From: an uncultured Actinomycetes bacterium | Lineage (GTDB): Bacteria > Actinomycetota > Thermoleophilia > UBA2241 | Direction of reading: 5' to 3' | Length of the DNA stretch: 64,000 nt | Assembly: GCA_963755025.1 (NCBI GenBank) | Contig: CAVWIH010000014.1 | Span: 320,001-384,000 of the forward strand | Shown here: positions 51,926 through 63,534 of the stretch, one piece after another | Numbering within the stretch: the first letter of the stretch is position 1 | Layout of the letters: each line of letters begins with the position of its first letter | Position numbers and translations under genes: made by a program | Notes under the pieces: generated by a model | The model's input: only the letters and a program-made list of their open reading frames with translations | The model's database searches: none | Told to the model about the DNA's origin: nothing

Positions 51926-53429
51926 CTACCAGCGGGTGATGACGACCTTGCTGTCGGTGAAGAACTGCACCGCGTCTCTGCCCTGGCCGTGGAGCGTGCC
52001 GAAGAACGAGTCCTTCTGGCCGCCGAACGGAAAGTACGCCATGGCCGCGGCGATGCCGAGGTTCACGCCGATGTTGCCGGCCTGCACCTCGTACCAGAAG
52101 CGGCGGGCATGGCGCCCGCTCGTCGTGTAGATACTGGCCGCGTTGCCGAAGGGCGACGCGTTCGTGACCGCGATAGCCTCGCCCAGGTCGCCGACGCGCA
52201 TGAGCGACGCCACCGGGCCGAAGATCTCCTCCTGGGCGTGGGTCATGTCCGGGGTGACGTCGTCGAGCACGGTTGGCCCGATGAAGTAGCCGCCCTCATG
52301 GCCCGGCACGACGACGTCGCGACCGTCGAGCAGCAGCGTGGCGCCCTGCTCGATCGCGGTGGCGATGTAGCGCCGCACGCGCTCGAGGCTTTGCGCCGAG
52401 ATGACCGGGCCCATGTTGACCGACTCGTCGAGGCCGGGTCCCACCTTGAGACGGCTCGCGGCCTCTACGAACTTCGCTTTAAGCTCGTCGTAGACGCCGC
52501 CCACGGCCATGAGGTTGGCGCCGGCCAGGCAGCGCTGCCCGGCGCAGCCGAAGTACGACGACATCAGGTTGCCTGCCGCGCCGCTCGACCTCGGCGTCGG
52601 GCATGACCGTCACGAAGTTCTTGGCGCCGGCCTGGCAGAGGGCGCGCTTGCCGGTCTCGCCGCAGCGCGCGTAGATGTTCCTGGCGACCGGGGTGGAGCC
52701 CACGAAGGTCACGCCCTTCACCAGCGGGCTGTCGAGGATGGCGTCGACCGCCTCCTTGTCGCCGTGCACCAGGTTGAGCACGCCGTCGGGCAGGTCGGCC
52801 TCTTGCAGGATCTCGAAGGTGCGCAGCGTGGTCAGCGGCGTGCGCTCCGACACCTTGACCACGAAGGTGTCGCCCGCCGCCAGCGCATAGGGCCAGAACC
52901 AGAACGGCACCATGCCGGGAAAGTTGAAGGGCGTCACGCAGGCAAAGACGCCCAGCGGCTGGCGCACGGCGGCCTCGTCTATGTTGCGCGCCGCGCCGTC
53001 TTCGAGGTTGTAGCCCATCATCAGGCTGGTGATGCCGGCCGCGGTCTCGACGTTCTCGATCGAGCGCAGGGTCTCGCCGCGCGCTTCGTCGATCGCCTTG
53101 CCGTTCTCCTGACTGGTGATGCGGGCGAGCTCCTCGTGATGGCCGTCGAGAAGCTCCTTGATCTTGAACAGGTAGCGCGACCGCACGAGCGGCGGGGTCG
53201 TGCGCCACTCCCAGAAGGCGTCGTGAGCCGCCTTGATGGCCCTGTCGGTCTCGGCTTTGGTGCTCATCGGCACCCTGGCGATCGTCGCGCCGGTGGCAGG
53301 GTCGATCACGTCGCCGTGACGCTCGGTCTCTGAGGCGACCCACTCGCCGTCGATGAAGTTGCGGATGGTCCCGTAGTCGCGCTTGTGCGGTTCGAGCAGG
53401 TGGTAGGTGCTCTCGGCTGTGTCGGTCAT
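51926..53429 (-). CDS. mmsA: CoA-acylating (methyl)malonate-semialdehyde dehydrogenase; apparent +1 frameshift near 52580
   Basis: TPFNFPGMVP, FVGSTPVA, GAKN in one frame; FGCAGQRC, EEIFGPV, FPFGGQKDS in the next. Confidence 0.92.
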
Positions 53430-53718
53430 GGTGCGGCACGTCCTCCTTGTCGGTCGCCCGGCCGGGTGGCGTTCAGCACTGCACCTGTTGTTTTGCCCAG
53501 CCACGCGGGCGCCGGCGCACAGACCGCCGATGGGGTGGCGGATCGGCCGGACCGGTCGGTCTCTCAGGGGTCTCACAAGAGATGCACAACAAGCCCCCAG
53601 CTGCACCGGCAATAACCCCTGCAAAGCCATGCAATCAGTGGGCTCATGGGCCGTGCGGCGATCGGGCGAGCGCTGGTCGAAAAACGCCGGCGCGGGCAGC
53701 GAGGCAACGGAGGAACTC

Positions 53719-54117
53719 TTGTCAGGTGAAGGACCGTTCTGGCGGCGTCACCGCGTGCAGTCGCTGCGCGACCTGCGCGGCGAACTACGCTGGTTCTTCG
53801 AGCAGCAGGCCGTTCCCGCCGCCGTCTCCGAAGACCTCATCCTGGCCGCCCAGGAAGCCTGCAACAACGCGTGCCGCTACGGCGCCGCTGGGGCGGACTG
53901 CGACCTCGTGGTGACCATCGCCGGCGGCGCGGTCACGATCGAGGTCGCCGACAGGGGTCCGGGGTTCGACCTCGAGGCGGTCAAGGCGACCTGGCCCCCT
54001 GCGCTGCTCGACGCCGGCGGCCGCGGCCTCTTTCTCATCGCCGAGCTGACCGACCAGATCGAGGTCGTGCAGCGCCGGCCGGGAACGCTCGTGCGTATCT
54101 TCAAGGCCATTGACTGA
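53719..54117 (+). CDS. RsbW/SpoIIAB-like anti-sigma factor kinase (HATPase_c)
   Basis: QEACNNACRY, DRGPGFD, GGRGLFLIAELTD; TTG start after GGAGGA. Confidence 0.88.
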   Translation: MSGEGPFWRRHRVQSLRDLRGELRWFFEQQAVPAAVSEDLILAAQEACNNACRYGAAGADCDLVVTIAGGAVTIEVADRGPGFDLEAVKATWPPALLDAGGRGLFLIAELTDQIEVVQRRPGTLVRIFKAID

Positions 54118-54144
54118 GCAAAGCGAGCACGCAGACAGAGGGAG

Positions 54145-54356
54145 GTCGGCGCTCAGGCGGGCGCGACTTCGTTGCGGGCTCAGCCGCCGATCGACTTCGT
54201 CGTCGGCGCTCAGGCGGGCGCGACTTCGTGGCGCGCCTGGTACCGAGGATCGACTTCGTCCTCACTCGCTCAGGCGTGCGTGACTTCGTGGCGCGCCTAG
54301 TACCGAGGATCGACTTCGTCGTCACTCGCTCAGGCGTGCGTGACTTCGTCGCGCGC

Positions 54357-54365
<9 letters not shown>
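54145..54365. repeat. 60-bp tandem repeat (about 3.5 copies, ~30-bp subperiod) abutting the mreB stop codon
   Basis: Lines 54241 and 54301 are near-identical (taccgaggatcgacttcgtc.tcactcgctcaggcgtgcgtgacttcgt.gcgcgcctag); degenerate copies to the left. Confidence 0.9.
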
Positions 54366-55403
<1,038 letters not shown>

Positions 55404-55629
55404 GACATGCTCCTTTCGGTCTGGATCGGTGAGTCATGCTACATGGCGGCCCGGGCGCTGCCAAACCCAAAGCAGGTCAATGCCACGGGTTATCGGCCGC
55501 CGAAGGCCGGGCACGTTTTTGCCAAGAACATCTGTCGGCCGACCGCCCCGGCGCCCGCCGGCCCCGGCCGGGCGACAGGCCAGCCATCTTGGGCAACGCC
55601 CCACCAAACCATTGGAACGGAGGCTCGCC

Positions 55630-56484
55630 ATGAGCATGTTCACGACAAAGGACGGCACGCGCATCTACTACAACGACTGGGGCCAGGGACAGCCCATCGT
55701 CTTCAGCCACGGCTGGCCGCTCGACGCCGACGCTTTCGAGGACCAGATGAGCTTTCTCGCTTCGCACGGCTACCGTTGCGTCGCCCCCGACCGCCGCGGC
55801 CACGGCCGCTCCGACCAGCCCTGGAACGGCAACGACATGGACACCTACGCCGACGACCTGGCGGAGCTCGTCGAGCACCTCGACCTGCGCGACGCGATCC
55901 ACGTGGGCCACTCGACCGGCGGCGGTGAGGTCGCCCGCTACATCGGGCGCCACGGCACAGACCGGGTCGTCGAGGGCGGTGCTGATCGGCGCCGTCCCGC
56001 CCCTCATGCTCAAGACGCCGGGCAACCCCGCCGGCTCGCCGATGGAGGTCTTCGACGAGCTCCGCGCCGGCGTCGTCGAGGACCGCTCGCAGTTCTTCAA
56101 GGACCTGAGCCTGCCCTTTTACGGCTACAACCGGCCTGGCGCCAAGGTCTCCGAGGGCGTGCGCGAGAACTTCTGGCTGCAGGGCATGATGGCCGGGTAT
56201 CCGGCCGCCTACGACTGCATCAAGCCCAGTTCTCCGAGACGGACTTCACCGAGGACCTCAAGAAGATCGACGTGCCGACCCTGATCATTCACGGCGACGA
56301 CGACCAGATCGTGCCGATCGGCGCCTCGGCGATGATCTCGTCGAAGATCGTCAAGGACGCCACGCTGAAGGTCTACCCGGGTGCCCCCCACGGCCTGTGC
56401 ACGACCCTCAAACATCAGATCAACGACGATCTGCTGGCGTTCGCCCAGGGTCGCCAGGTGGTGCGCGAAGAGCGGGCCGCGTAA
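55630..56484 (+). CDS. Non-heme haloperoxidase/arylesterase (alpha/beta hydrolase) with two compensating frameshifts near 55970 and 56225
   Basis: [28 protein letters not shown]; the middle segment ([11 protein letters not shown]...YDCIK) is in a different frame. Confidence 0.9.
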   Translation: MSMFTTKDGTRIYYNDWGQGQPIVFSHGWPLDADAFEDQMSFLASHGYRCVAPDRRGHGRSDQPWNGNDMDTYADDLAELVEHLDLRDAIHVGHSTGGGEVARYIGRHGTDRVVEGGADRRRPAPHAQDAGQPRRLADGGLRRAPRRRRRGPLAVLQGPEPALLRLQPAWRQGLRGRARELLAAGHDGRVSGRLRLHQAQFSETDFTEDLKKIDVPTLIIHGDDDQIVPIGASAMISSKIVKDATLKVYPGAPHGLCTTLKHQINDDLLAFAQGRQVVREERAA

Positions 56485-56495
56485 GCGCGTCGCGG

Positions 56496-57533
56496 TCAGT
56501 CGATGACCGGCAGCAGCTCGGGTTCGGGCTGCTCGCCGGCCATCATGGCGCCGCGACGGGCGGCCAGCAGCCCGCGCGCCGCGAGCACCGCCAGGGCGAC
56601 GATGATGAGCGCCATGCCGATCCCCTCGAGGAGGGCGGGCGCCTCGCCGAGCTGGATCCACGCCGCGATCACGCCGACCACCGGGATAGCCAGCGTGCCT
56701 ATGCCGGCCGCCCCGGCCGGCAGCGAGTGCAGCGCGTAAGCCCACAGCACCCAGCACACGGCGTTGGAGAGCAGCGCCGAGTACGCCAGCGTCAACACGA
56801 ACGTGCCCGACCACACCGGCCAGCCGCTGTGCGTCAGCAGCGCGGCGGCGATCAGCGGCAGACCGCCCAGCCCCATCTGCCAGGCGGTCAGCGAGATCGC
56901 GTCGACCTGGGTGCGACGCTGCAGCAGCTTGACCACCATCGCGCCGGCCGCCCAGGAGAGCCCCCCGGCGCAGGCCAGAAGACCGCCGAGCGCCCCGCCT
57001 ATGTCCCAGGGCCGCACGACCAGGACGAGACCGGCGAAGGCGAGAGCGACGGCCGGCCACTGCAGGCCGTGCAGGCGTTCGCCCAGGAACAGCCAGGCGA
57101 GCAACAGCAGCCAGAACGGCATGGTGTAGGCGAGCACTGAGACCTTGCCGGCGCCGCCCTCGGTGAGGGCGATGGTGACGAGGCTGGCGAAGAGCGACGT
57201 CTGCAGCAGGGCGATCAGCACGGTCCAGCCGAGCGGCGGCGGGCGCAGCGAGCGGCCGGTGAGGGCGAGCACCACGAACAGGCAGGCGACGCACACCATC
57301 GTGCTGATCGCCACGTAGGTGAACGGCCGGCAGTACTCCAGCGCGATCTTGCTGGCCACCCAGCTGTACCCCCAGATGGGGGCCATCACCACCAGCGCCG
57401 TCACGCCCAGGTTCCGACCCGGCGACGGGCCGCGGCTGCGCCCGGCCGCCTCCGTTAGGGGGCTGCTGTCCGCTGTCGATGGCGCCGCGTCGCTCACACA
57501 GACCATGCTAGCTGCCGCGCTGGGGTTCGGCAT
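56496..57533 (-). CDS. EamA/DMT-family transporter
   Basis: IWGYSW, YTMPFW, LGE, PVVGV; 10 TM; start uncertain. Confidence 0.9.
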   Translation of the reverse strand: MPNPSAAASMVCVSDAAPSTADSSPLTEAAGRSRGPSPGRNLGVTALVVMAPIWGYSWVASKIALEYCRPFTYVAISTMVCVACLFVVLALTGRSLRPPPLGWTVLIALLQTSLFASLVTIALTEGGAGKVSVLAYTMPFWLLLLAWLFLGERLHGLQWPAVALAFAGLVLVVRPWDIGGALGGLLACAGGLSWAAGAMVVKLLQRRTQVDAISLTAWQMGLGGLPLIAAALLTHSGWPVWSGTFVLTLAYSALLSNAVCWVLWAYALHSLPAGAAGIGTLAIPVVGVIAAWIQLGEAPALLEGIGMALIIVALAVLAARGLLAARRGAMMAGEQPEPELLPVID

Positions 57534-57566
57534 CCCGGGCGGCTCCGCGGGTATGCTCGCGGTGCG

Positions 57567-58214
57567 ATGATCGAAGGCGGCCGCTCATACGACGGCGTGA
57601 TCCGCGAGGCGCGCCTTGCCGAAGGGCTGACGTTCGCCTGGATGGTGGTCGAGCTGGTCGTGGCGCTTTGGGCCGGGATCGCGGCGCGGTCCGTCGCCCT
57701 GACGACGTTCGGGGTCGACAGCGGCATCGAGCTGTTCACGGCGGCGGTCGTGCTGCGCCAGCTCCTGCTCCACACAGACAGGGCGACCGACGAGGAGCTC
57801 GACCGCCGCGAGCGCCAGGCCTCGCGACTCGTCGGCGTGGGCCTCTACGGGCTCATCGCCTACATCGTCGCCTCGTCGGCTTGGGCCCTGCTCAGCGGCG
57901 ACCACGCGGAGGCGTCGCCGGCCGGCATCGCGCTGGCGGTCGCGGCGCTGATCGTCATGCCCCTGCTGTGGCGCTGGCGGCGCGGCCTTGCCGAGCGCCT
58001 GGACAGCCCCGCGCTGCGCGGCGACGCGGCCTGCTCGGTGGTCTGCATCTTCATGTCGGCCGTCCTGCTCGTCGGCCTGCTGGCGAACCGCTTTCTGGGC
58101 TGGTGGTGGGCCGACCCGCTGGCCGGCCTGGCGATGATCTGGTGGATCCGCGGCGAAGCCCGCGAAGCGCTCGAGGCGGCGAGCACCGGCCGGCGTGACG
58201 ACTGCGACGACTAG
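57567..58214 (+). CDS. Cation efflux (CDF-like) membrane protein lacking the C-terminal domain
   Basis: SVALTTFGVDSGIE, SPALRGDA, GWWWADP. Confidence 0.85.
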   Translation: MIEGGRSYDGVIREARLAEGLTFAWMVVELVVALWAGIAARSVALTTFGVDSGIELFTAAVVLRQLLLHTDRATDEELDRRERQASRLVGVGLYGLIAYIVASSAWALLSGDHAEASPAGIALAVAALIVMPLLWRWRRGLAERLDSPALRGDAACSVVCIFMSAVLLVGLLANRFLGWWWADPLAGLAMIWWIRGEAREALEAASTGRRDDCDD

Positions 58215-58398
58215 GTTGCGGCCGCCGCGCCCGGCCGGGCGGCCGCGTTGCCGGGTAACGGCCACGGCGCTCTCGCCCGCTCGTCGCGGGAAGACACCCT
58301 GTGTGAGTGCGGAGCCGCGCGACGGTCCTGCCGGATGGCCGCCGGCTCCCGTAACGTCGTTCGTTCGATCTGGGGCGCACGAATCAAGGAGGCACGTC

Positions 58399-58701
58399 AT
58401 GGCGATCGTCGCGGTGTTCGACTTTTCCAACGAGCCGATCGAGAAGTACGAGAAGGTCATGGAGCTTGGGGGTGCGGCGGTACGCGACCAGCCGGCACGC
58501 CTCTCGCACGTCTGTTACCGCACCGACACAGGCTTTGCCGTCGTCGACGTATGGACCGACGAACAGTCCTTCGCGGCCTTCGGCGCCACGCTCATGGACT
58601 ACACGCGCAAGGCCGGCCTCGAGGCCCGACCCGCCATCTACCAGCTGGAGAACATCGTCTACCAGGATGGCACGAACCTGTACGACCGCAAGGCGGCCTG
58701 A
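58399..58701 (+). CDS. Small dimeric alpha/beta-barrel-like hypothetical protein
   Basis: AAGGAGG RBS; SHVC...VVDVW...FAAFG pattern. Confidence 0.8.
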   Translation: MAIVAVFDFSNEPIEKYEKVMELGGAAVRDQPARLSHVCYRTDTGFAVVDVWTDEQSFAAFGATLMDYTRKAGLEARPAIYQLENIVYQDGTNLYDRKAA

Positions 58702-58736
58702 GGCCGACGGCGGCGCCGACCACCCCAGACGTGCGT

Positions 58737-58776
58737 CGGGGCGGAGCGAAGGCCTGCCGGCCTTCGCTCCGCCCCG
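58737..58776. terminator. 18-bp stem hairpin between convergent genes
   Basis: CGGGGCGGAGCGAAGGCC-tgcc-GGCCTTCGCTCCGCCCCG. Confidence 0.65.
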
Positions 58777-58800
58777 CAAGAGGCTTCTGAGACCTGACTC

Positions 58801-60031
58801 CTAAATCAGGTCGTAGGCGGCCTCGCCGAACTCCGAGTCGTCGAGACCCTTGAGCTGTACCGAGTCGGGCACGCGGATCGGGTCGAAGACGTTGATCAGC
58901 TTGAGGATGAGGTACGTCGCCACGAAGGCATACGCAGCCAGCGCGACGGCGGCGAAGACCTGCCAGGCGAAGAAGTGCCAGTGGCCGGTGATCAGGCCCT
59001 GGCCGCCGGTCGGGTTGATCGCGTAGGTGGCAAAGACGCCGAGCAGGATGATGCCCAGCGTGCCGCCGACGCCGTGGCAGGCCCAGACGTCGAGTGCGTC
59101 GTCCCACTGCATCTTGCTCTTGAAGATGCAGGCGAAGTAGCAGATCGAACCGGCGCCGAAGCCGATGATGAACGCCGCCCAGGTGGGCACGTAGCCGGCG
59201 CAGGGAGTGACCGTGGCAAGGCCGGCCACGGCGCCGGTGAGCGCGCCGACCAGGCTGGGCTTGCCGTCGTGCCACCAGGTCAGGGCGAGCCAGGTGCACA
59301 TGGCGATCGAGCCGGCGATGTCGGTGTTGACGAAGGCCTGGGCGGCAAAGCCGTTGGCGGCGTATCCGTCGCCGCTGTTGAAGCCGAACCAGCCGAACCA
59401 CAGCAGGCCGGTGCCCAGCGCGACGAAGGCCACGTTGTGCGCCAGGCTGCGCTCGCCGGGGGCGAACTTGCGCTTGCCCACCACGAACACCGAGGCCAGA
59501 GCGGCATACCCGGCGCTCACGTGGACGACCGCGCCGCCGGCCCAGTCACGCACGCCGTGCTGGGCAAACCAGCCGCCGCCCCAGATCAGATGGACGAACG
59601 GGATGTAGACGATGATGCTCCACAGCACGAGGAACCAGAGGTAGCTCTTGAACTTGACGCGGTCGGCGAAGGCGCCGGTGATCAGCGCCGGGGTGATGAT
59701 GGCGAACATCTCCTGGTAGACGAAGTGCGCCTGCGCCGGGATGGTCGGCGCCCACGGTCCGGGCAGTCTGACCGACGTGGTTGAGCATGGCCCAGTGAAA
59801 GTTGCCGATGATGCCGCCGGCGCCGCCCGAGAAGGCCAGCGAGTACCCGAACAGCACCCAGATCGTGGTCACGATGCCCATCGAGATGAACGACTGCATC
59901 ATGATCGCCAGGAAGTTCTTGCGGCGCACAAGGCCGCCGTAGAAGAACGCGAGAGCCGGCGTCATGAGCGCGACCAGTGCCGCGCAGATCAAGACGAACG
60001 CCGTATCTCCTGTGTTGATCTGCCCCACCAT
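58801..60031 (-). CDS. amtB: Ammonium transporter; apparent +1 frameshift near 59760
   Basis: INTGDTAF...LMTPALAFFYGG in one frame; MFAIITPAL, DWAGG, VVHVSAG, WFGWFGFN, DDALDV..CHG in the next. Confidence 0.93.
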
Positions 60032-60408
60032 CCGCTCCTCCTTGGATCCGCTCAGGCGCCAAGGAGGGACCCCCCTCTGCCGCGTGAGCGTCGTTGCGGG
60101 CACGCGGGGGATCTGACCTCGACCCCGCATCACCCCGTGGAGCGCTAGTTTGAGCCTTTCCGGGCGGACCCGCAAACCGAACTTTGCCAACGGCGTCGGG
60201 CCACGCATGAGAGAGCGTGCTCGCCGACCACGGCGCCGCCCTCACACCGCGAGGATACTGAACAAGAGACGACTCGCTTTGCGAGTCGAAAGCCGACGCC
60301 GCAGGCAGAAGGAGAGAGGGCTCGTCCGGCCAGATCCTGCTCGCCGTGGACGGCTCGGTGCAGGCAAAGGAGGCGGGCGGGCCGCTTGGCCGACAGCGGC
60401 CCGCGGAC

Positions 60409-60570
60409 CTAGGAGACCAGGTAGCCGCCGGTCTCGTGGACTTCGGGGCGGATCTCCAGGGCGGCGAGCAGGCGGCTGAGGATCTCGTCGTCGCCGACGA
60501 GCAGCGCGCCCAGGTAGTCGCAGCAGTCCAGCGCGCGCTCGACGGTATCGGCGCTCTCCTCGTGGGTCAT
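60409..60570 (-). CDS. Small hypothetical protein (53 aa)
   Basis: GGGAGGG RBS before ATG 60570: MTHEESADTVERALDCCDYLGALL... Confidence 0.55.
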   Translation of the reverse strand: MTHEESADTVERALDCCDYLGALLVGDDEILSRLLAALEIRPEVHETGGYLVS

Positions 60571-60883
60571 CCGCGTCCCTCCCGCCGGCCCCGCGTGCCG
60601 GCCCTCCGACCTTTCAAGGGTGATATCGGCAGCCGGCCCCGCAGGGAGATAGACGACTGTGCGGGCTCCTGGGGACGCGACCTTCGCCCGGCAGCCCTCG
60701 ACGCGGTAAGTGCAGGCTGAACTCAGGCCTCCCGCAAGGTCTCGGGGCGAGCACGAATCCGTCGTCATGCAAGGCGACGCCAGGCCCGGCGTCAGTCTCC
60801 GGGGCGAAGCGCCGCCGGTGCGGCGCCGGCCCGGGGCGAAACGACGCGCAGCCGCACGACGGGGCGACGGTCCAGGGAGCATC

Positions 60884-60938
60884 TTGACAGACTAATCGTG
60901 ACCTCATATACACGTTGAATACACACGACGTGTATCAA
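60884..60938 (+). promoter_or_regulatory. Sigma70 promoter plus downstream inverted-repeat operator for the APC-MBL-MttB operon
   Basis: TTGACA-N17-TATACA (60884-60912); ttgaATACAC-acgac-GTGTATcaa (60915-60938). Confidence 0.65.
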
Positions 60939-61029
60939 GACGAATGAGACCACCCGGAATGTCCGGTCCGACTTGACGAACGACTAGTCGGTTCACGGTC
61001 AGGCCCTGCGCGCTATCGAGGGGGACTCA

Positions 61030-62541
61030 ATGGCAACAGACCCAGTCACTCAGACGAGCGACGAACAGATCCTGCAGACGTTCGGATACCGGCAGCAGCT
61101 CAGGCGCTCGCTCAAGCCCCTGGCCGTCCTGGGCATCTCGTTCTCGTTCATGTCGATCACCACCAGCGTCTACGTGAACTTCGGGTTCGGCCTCGGCAAG
61201 TTCGGCACCGCCAGCATCTGGTTCTGGCCGCTCGTGCTCCTTGGCCAGTTGTTCGTCGCCTTCGTGATCGCCGAACTGGGCTCGCGCATACCCTTGGCCG
61301 GCTACTCCTACCAATGGGGGTCGCGCCTGGTGAACGCGGGCTACGGCTGGTTCATCGGCATCTTCGTCTTCGTCTACCTGCTGACGTGCGTGGCGACGAT
61401 CAGCTACGTGCTCGTCGCCCCCTTCATCGGCGTCATCTTCGGCTGGTCGCTCAGCAACCTCGACCTGCTGCTGATCGCGATCGCCACCGTCGTCGTGCTC
61501 ACCCTCGTGAACCTCGTGGGCGTCAGGCTCTTCGCCCGGGTCAACAATGTGGCGGTCTTCTGCGAGATCGTCTCGACGCTGGTGATTGCCCTCATCGTGG
61601 CCATCGCCGCCCTCGCCAAGCCGGCCAGCCACACTGTCTCGCTGTTCAACACCAACGGCGTGCACGGCTCTGCCATCTGGGGCGCCGTCGTGGGCGCGAT
61701 GGTCATGGGCTTCTTCGCCCTCACCGGCTTCGAGGCGGCCGCCGACATGTCCGAGGAGAGCGTCGGCGCCCGCCGCGCCATTCCCCGCGCCGTCATCTGG
61801 TCACTGGTGGGCACCGGCCTGTTCGGCATGATCGCCCTCATCTGCTTCGCCTCCGCCGTACCCACCGGCCACATGGCCGCCGTCGCCGGCTCATACACGC
61901 CCGTCTACGACGTGGTCTCCTACTGGCTGGGCAGCACCGGAGCGCGCGTGGCCCTTGCGTTCCCGCTGGTGGCGGTGCTCGGCACCTGCCTGTCGGTGGT
62001 CGCCGTGATGGGCCGGCTGATCTTCGCCCTCTCGCGCGACAACGTCGTGCCGTTCTCAAAGCAGCTGCGCGGCGTCAACGGCAGGTCGCAGGTACCGACG
62101 GTCGCGCTCGTGGTCGGCTCACTGCTCGCCATCGCGATGCTCGTCTACGCCTACTACCAGGTCAGCACCTTCGACGTGCTGGTCGGCGCCACCTCGATCC
62201 TGCCGTTCGTCTACTACCTGCTGATCGTGGTCGCCTATGCATTCAAGCGTCGCGAGCTCGAGGCGTTCCACGTGCCCGGCATGTTCACCCTCGGCAAGTG
62301 GTCCAAGGTGGTCTTCGGCATCGCTTTCGTCTGGCTCATAGCGGCGCTGCTCATGCTCACGCTGCAGCCCATGTTCCACCAGGCCGACATCGCCGTGCTC
62401 GGCACGCTGGGCGTGGGGGTCGTGTGGTACGTAGCGGCGCTGCACTGGCGCATCAAGGCCGGCAAGGCCGGCGCGCCCGCGGGCAGCTCAGACGGCGCCG
62501 AAGAGCTCCCGGCGCCTGAGCCGACCGGGGTGGGCGTCTGA
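61030..62541 (+). CDS. APC-family amino acid/amine permease
   Basis: FGYRQQL, AELGSRIPLAG, GFEAAADMSEE; about 12 TM; paralogue of 12615..14102. Confidence 0.93.
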   Translation: MATDPVTQTSDEQILQTFGYRQQLRRSLKPLAVLGISFSFMSITTSVYVNFGFGLGKFGTASIWFWPLVLLGQLFVAFVIAELGSRIPLAGYSYQWGSRLVNAGYGWFIGIFVFVYLLTCVATISYVLVAPFIGVIFGWSLSNLDLLLIAIATVVVLTLVNLVGVRLFARVNNVAVFCEIVSTLVIALIVAIAALAKPASHTVSLFNTNGVHGSAIWGAVVGAMVMGFFALTGFEAAADMSEESVGARRAIPRAVIWSLVGTGLFGMIALICFASAVPTGHMAAVAGSYTPVYDVVSYWLGSTGARVALAFPLVAVLGTCLSVVAVMGRLIFALSRDNVVPFSKQLRGVNGRSQVPTVALVVGSLLAIAMLVYAYYQVSTFDVLVGATSILPFVYYLLIVVAYAFKRRELEAFHVPGMFTLGKWSKVVFGIAFVWLIAALLMLTLQPMFHQADIAVLGTLGVGVVWYVAALHWRIKAGKAGAPAGSSDGAEELPAPEPTGVGV

Positions 62542-62580
62542 AACGGGGCGGGCGTCTGAAACGCGGTGCCCGTCTGAGGG
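62527..62580. repeat. 3 x 18-bp tandem repeat spanning the permease stop codon
   Basis: ggggtgggcgtctgaaac / ggggcgggcgtctgaaac / gcggtgcccgtctgaggg. Confidence 0.75.
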
Positions 62581-62629
62581 GCGCCGCGTTCGTCGCCCTG
62601 GCCGTCGCGAACCACCTGCCGAAGATCGG

Positions 62630-63480
62630 ATGCATCACGTGACCTGGACCGTCGACATCATCGAGGTCGGCACGCTGCCCGACACGGCGCTGAGCGCCTA
62701 CGTGTACGGGGCGCTCGACGAGGTGCTCCTCGACGTACCCTGCTTCTGCTGGCTGCTGCGCGACGGGCAGCGGTCGTTGCTGGTCGACACGGGTCCTGAC
62801 CTCGAACAGTCCGTCGACGTCGGCTACGAGGTCGGGGGCGACCCGCGCGCGAGCCTGCTCGCCGCCCTCGAGCGCTGCGGAGTGTCCCCGGCCGGCATCG
62901 ACCAGATCGTCCACACGCACCTCCACCAGGACCACGTGCAGAACGACGCGCTCTTTCCGAACGCGCGGGTGCTCGTACAACGCGAGGAGCTGCGGTCGGC
63001 GCTCGCCACGGAAGCGTCCTGCGAGCTGCTGTCCGCCGCCGCCCGCGAGGCGCTCGCGGCGGGGCCCTACGCCGAGTCGCAGGCGGCCGGCGTGCTGGTA
63101 CCGGGGGATCGCGAGCTTCTGCGAGGCCCTCGGCGAGCGCCTGTGCCCGGTGGACGGCCGTCACGAGGTCGCTGCCCGGGATCACGCTGCTGCCGAACGG
63201 CGGCCACACGACCGGCCACCAGAGCGTCCTCGTCGACACCGACGAGGGCGCCGCCTGCCTGTGCGGCGACATCGTCTCGCTGTCGATCAACCGCGACGTC
63301 GTCGGCCCCATGACTCCCGACGACGACGCGACCCGCACCTTCCTGCGCCGGCTTCGCTCGGAGCGCTGGGAACCGATCCCCGCTCACGAACCGGCCATGC
63401 GCGGCCACCGCTGGTTCGTCGAGGGTGGCCGGTCCGCCGAGACCCGCTCCCGGGAGCGCGACACCGCTCACTCACGATAG
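62630..63480 (+). CDS. Metallo-beta-lactamase-fold hydrolase (AHL-lactonase-like) with two apparent +1 frameshifts near 63095 and 63170
   Basis: LVDTG, HTHLHQDH; after reframing GGHTTGHQSV, LCGD, IPAHEP, TAG at 63480. Confidence 0.85.
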
Positions 63481-63534
63481 AGTGGACCAACGCACAGTGT
63501 CGGGTCAGGAGCGACCGAGAATGGAGCTGAGCCT

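Noticed and set aside
55925-56284. Overlapping gene or programmed frameshifting in the haloperoxidase
   Set aside because: It is simply the missing middle of the same protein, with no slippery heptamer; it matches the regional indel-error pattern.
60171-60190. TTGGCA...TTTGC upstream of amtB as a sigma54 promoter
   Set aside because: GG-to-GC spacing is 13 nt, not the required 10.
60120-60200. glnA (glutamine) or c-di-GMP-I riboswitch upstream of amtB
   Set aside because: Only fragments (CGUUGG, GGCAAA, GGAA) match; I could not assemble the full conserved core by eye.
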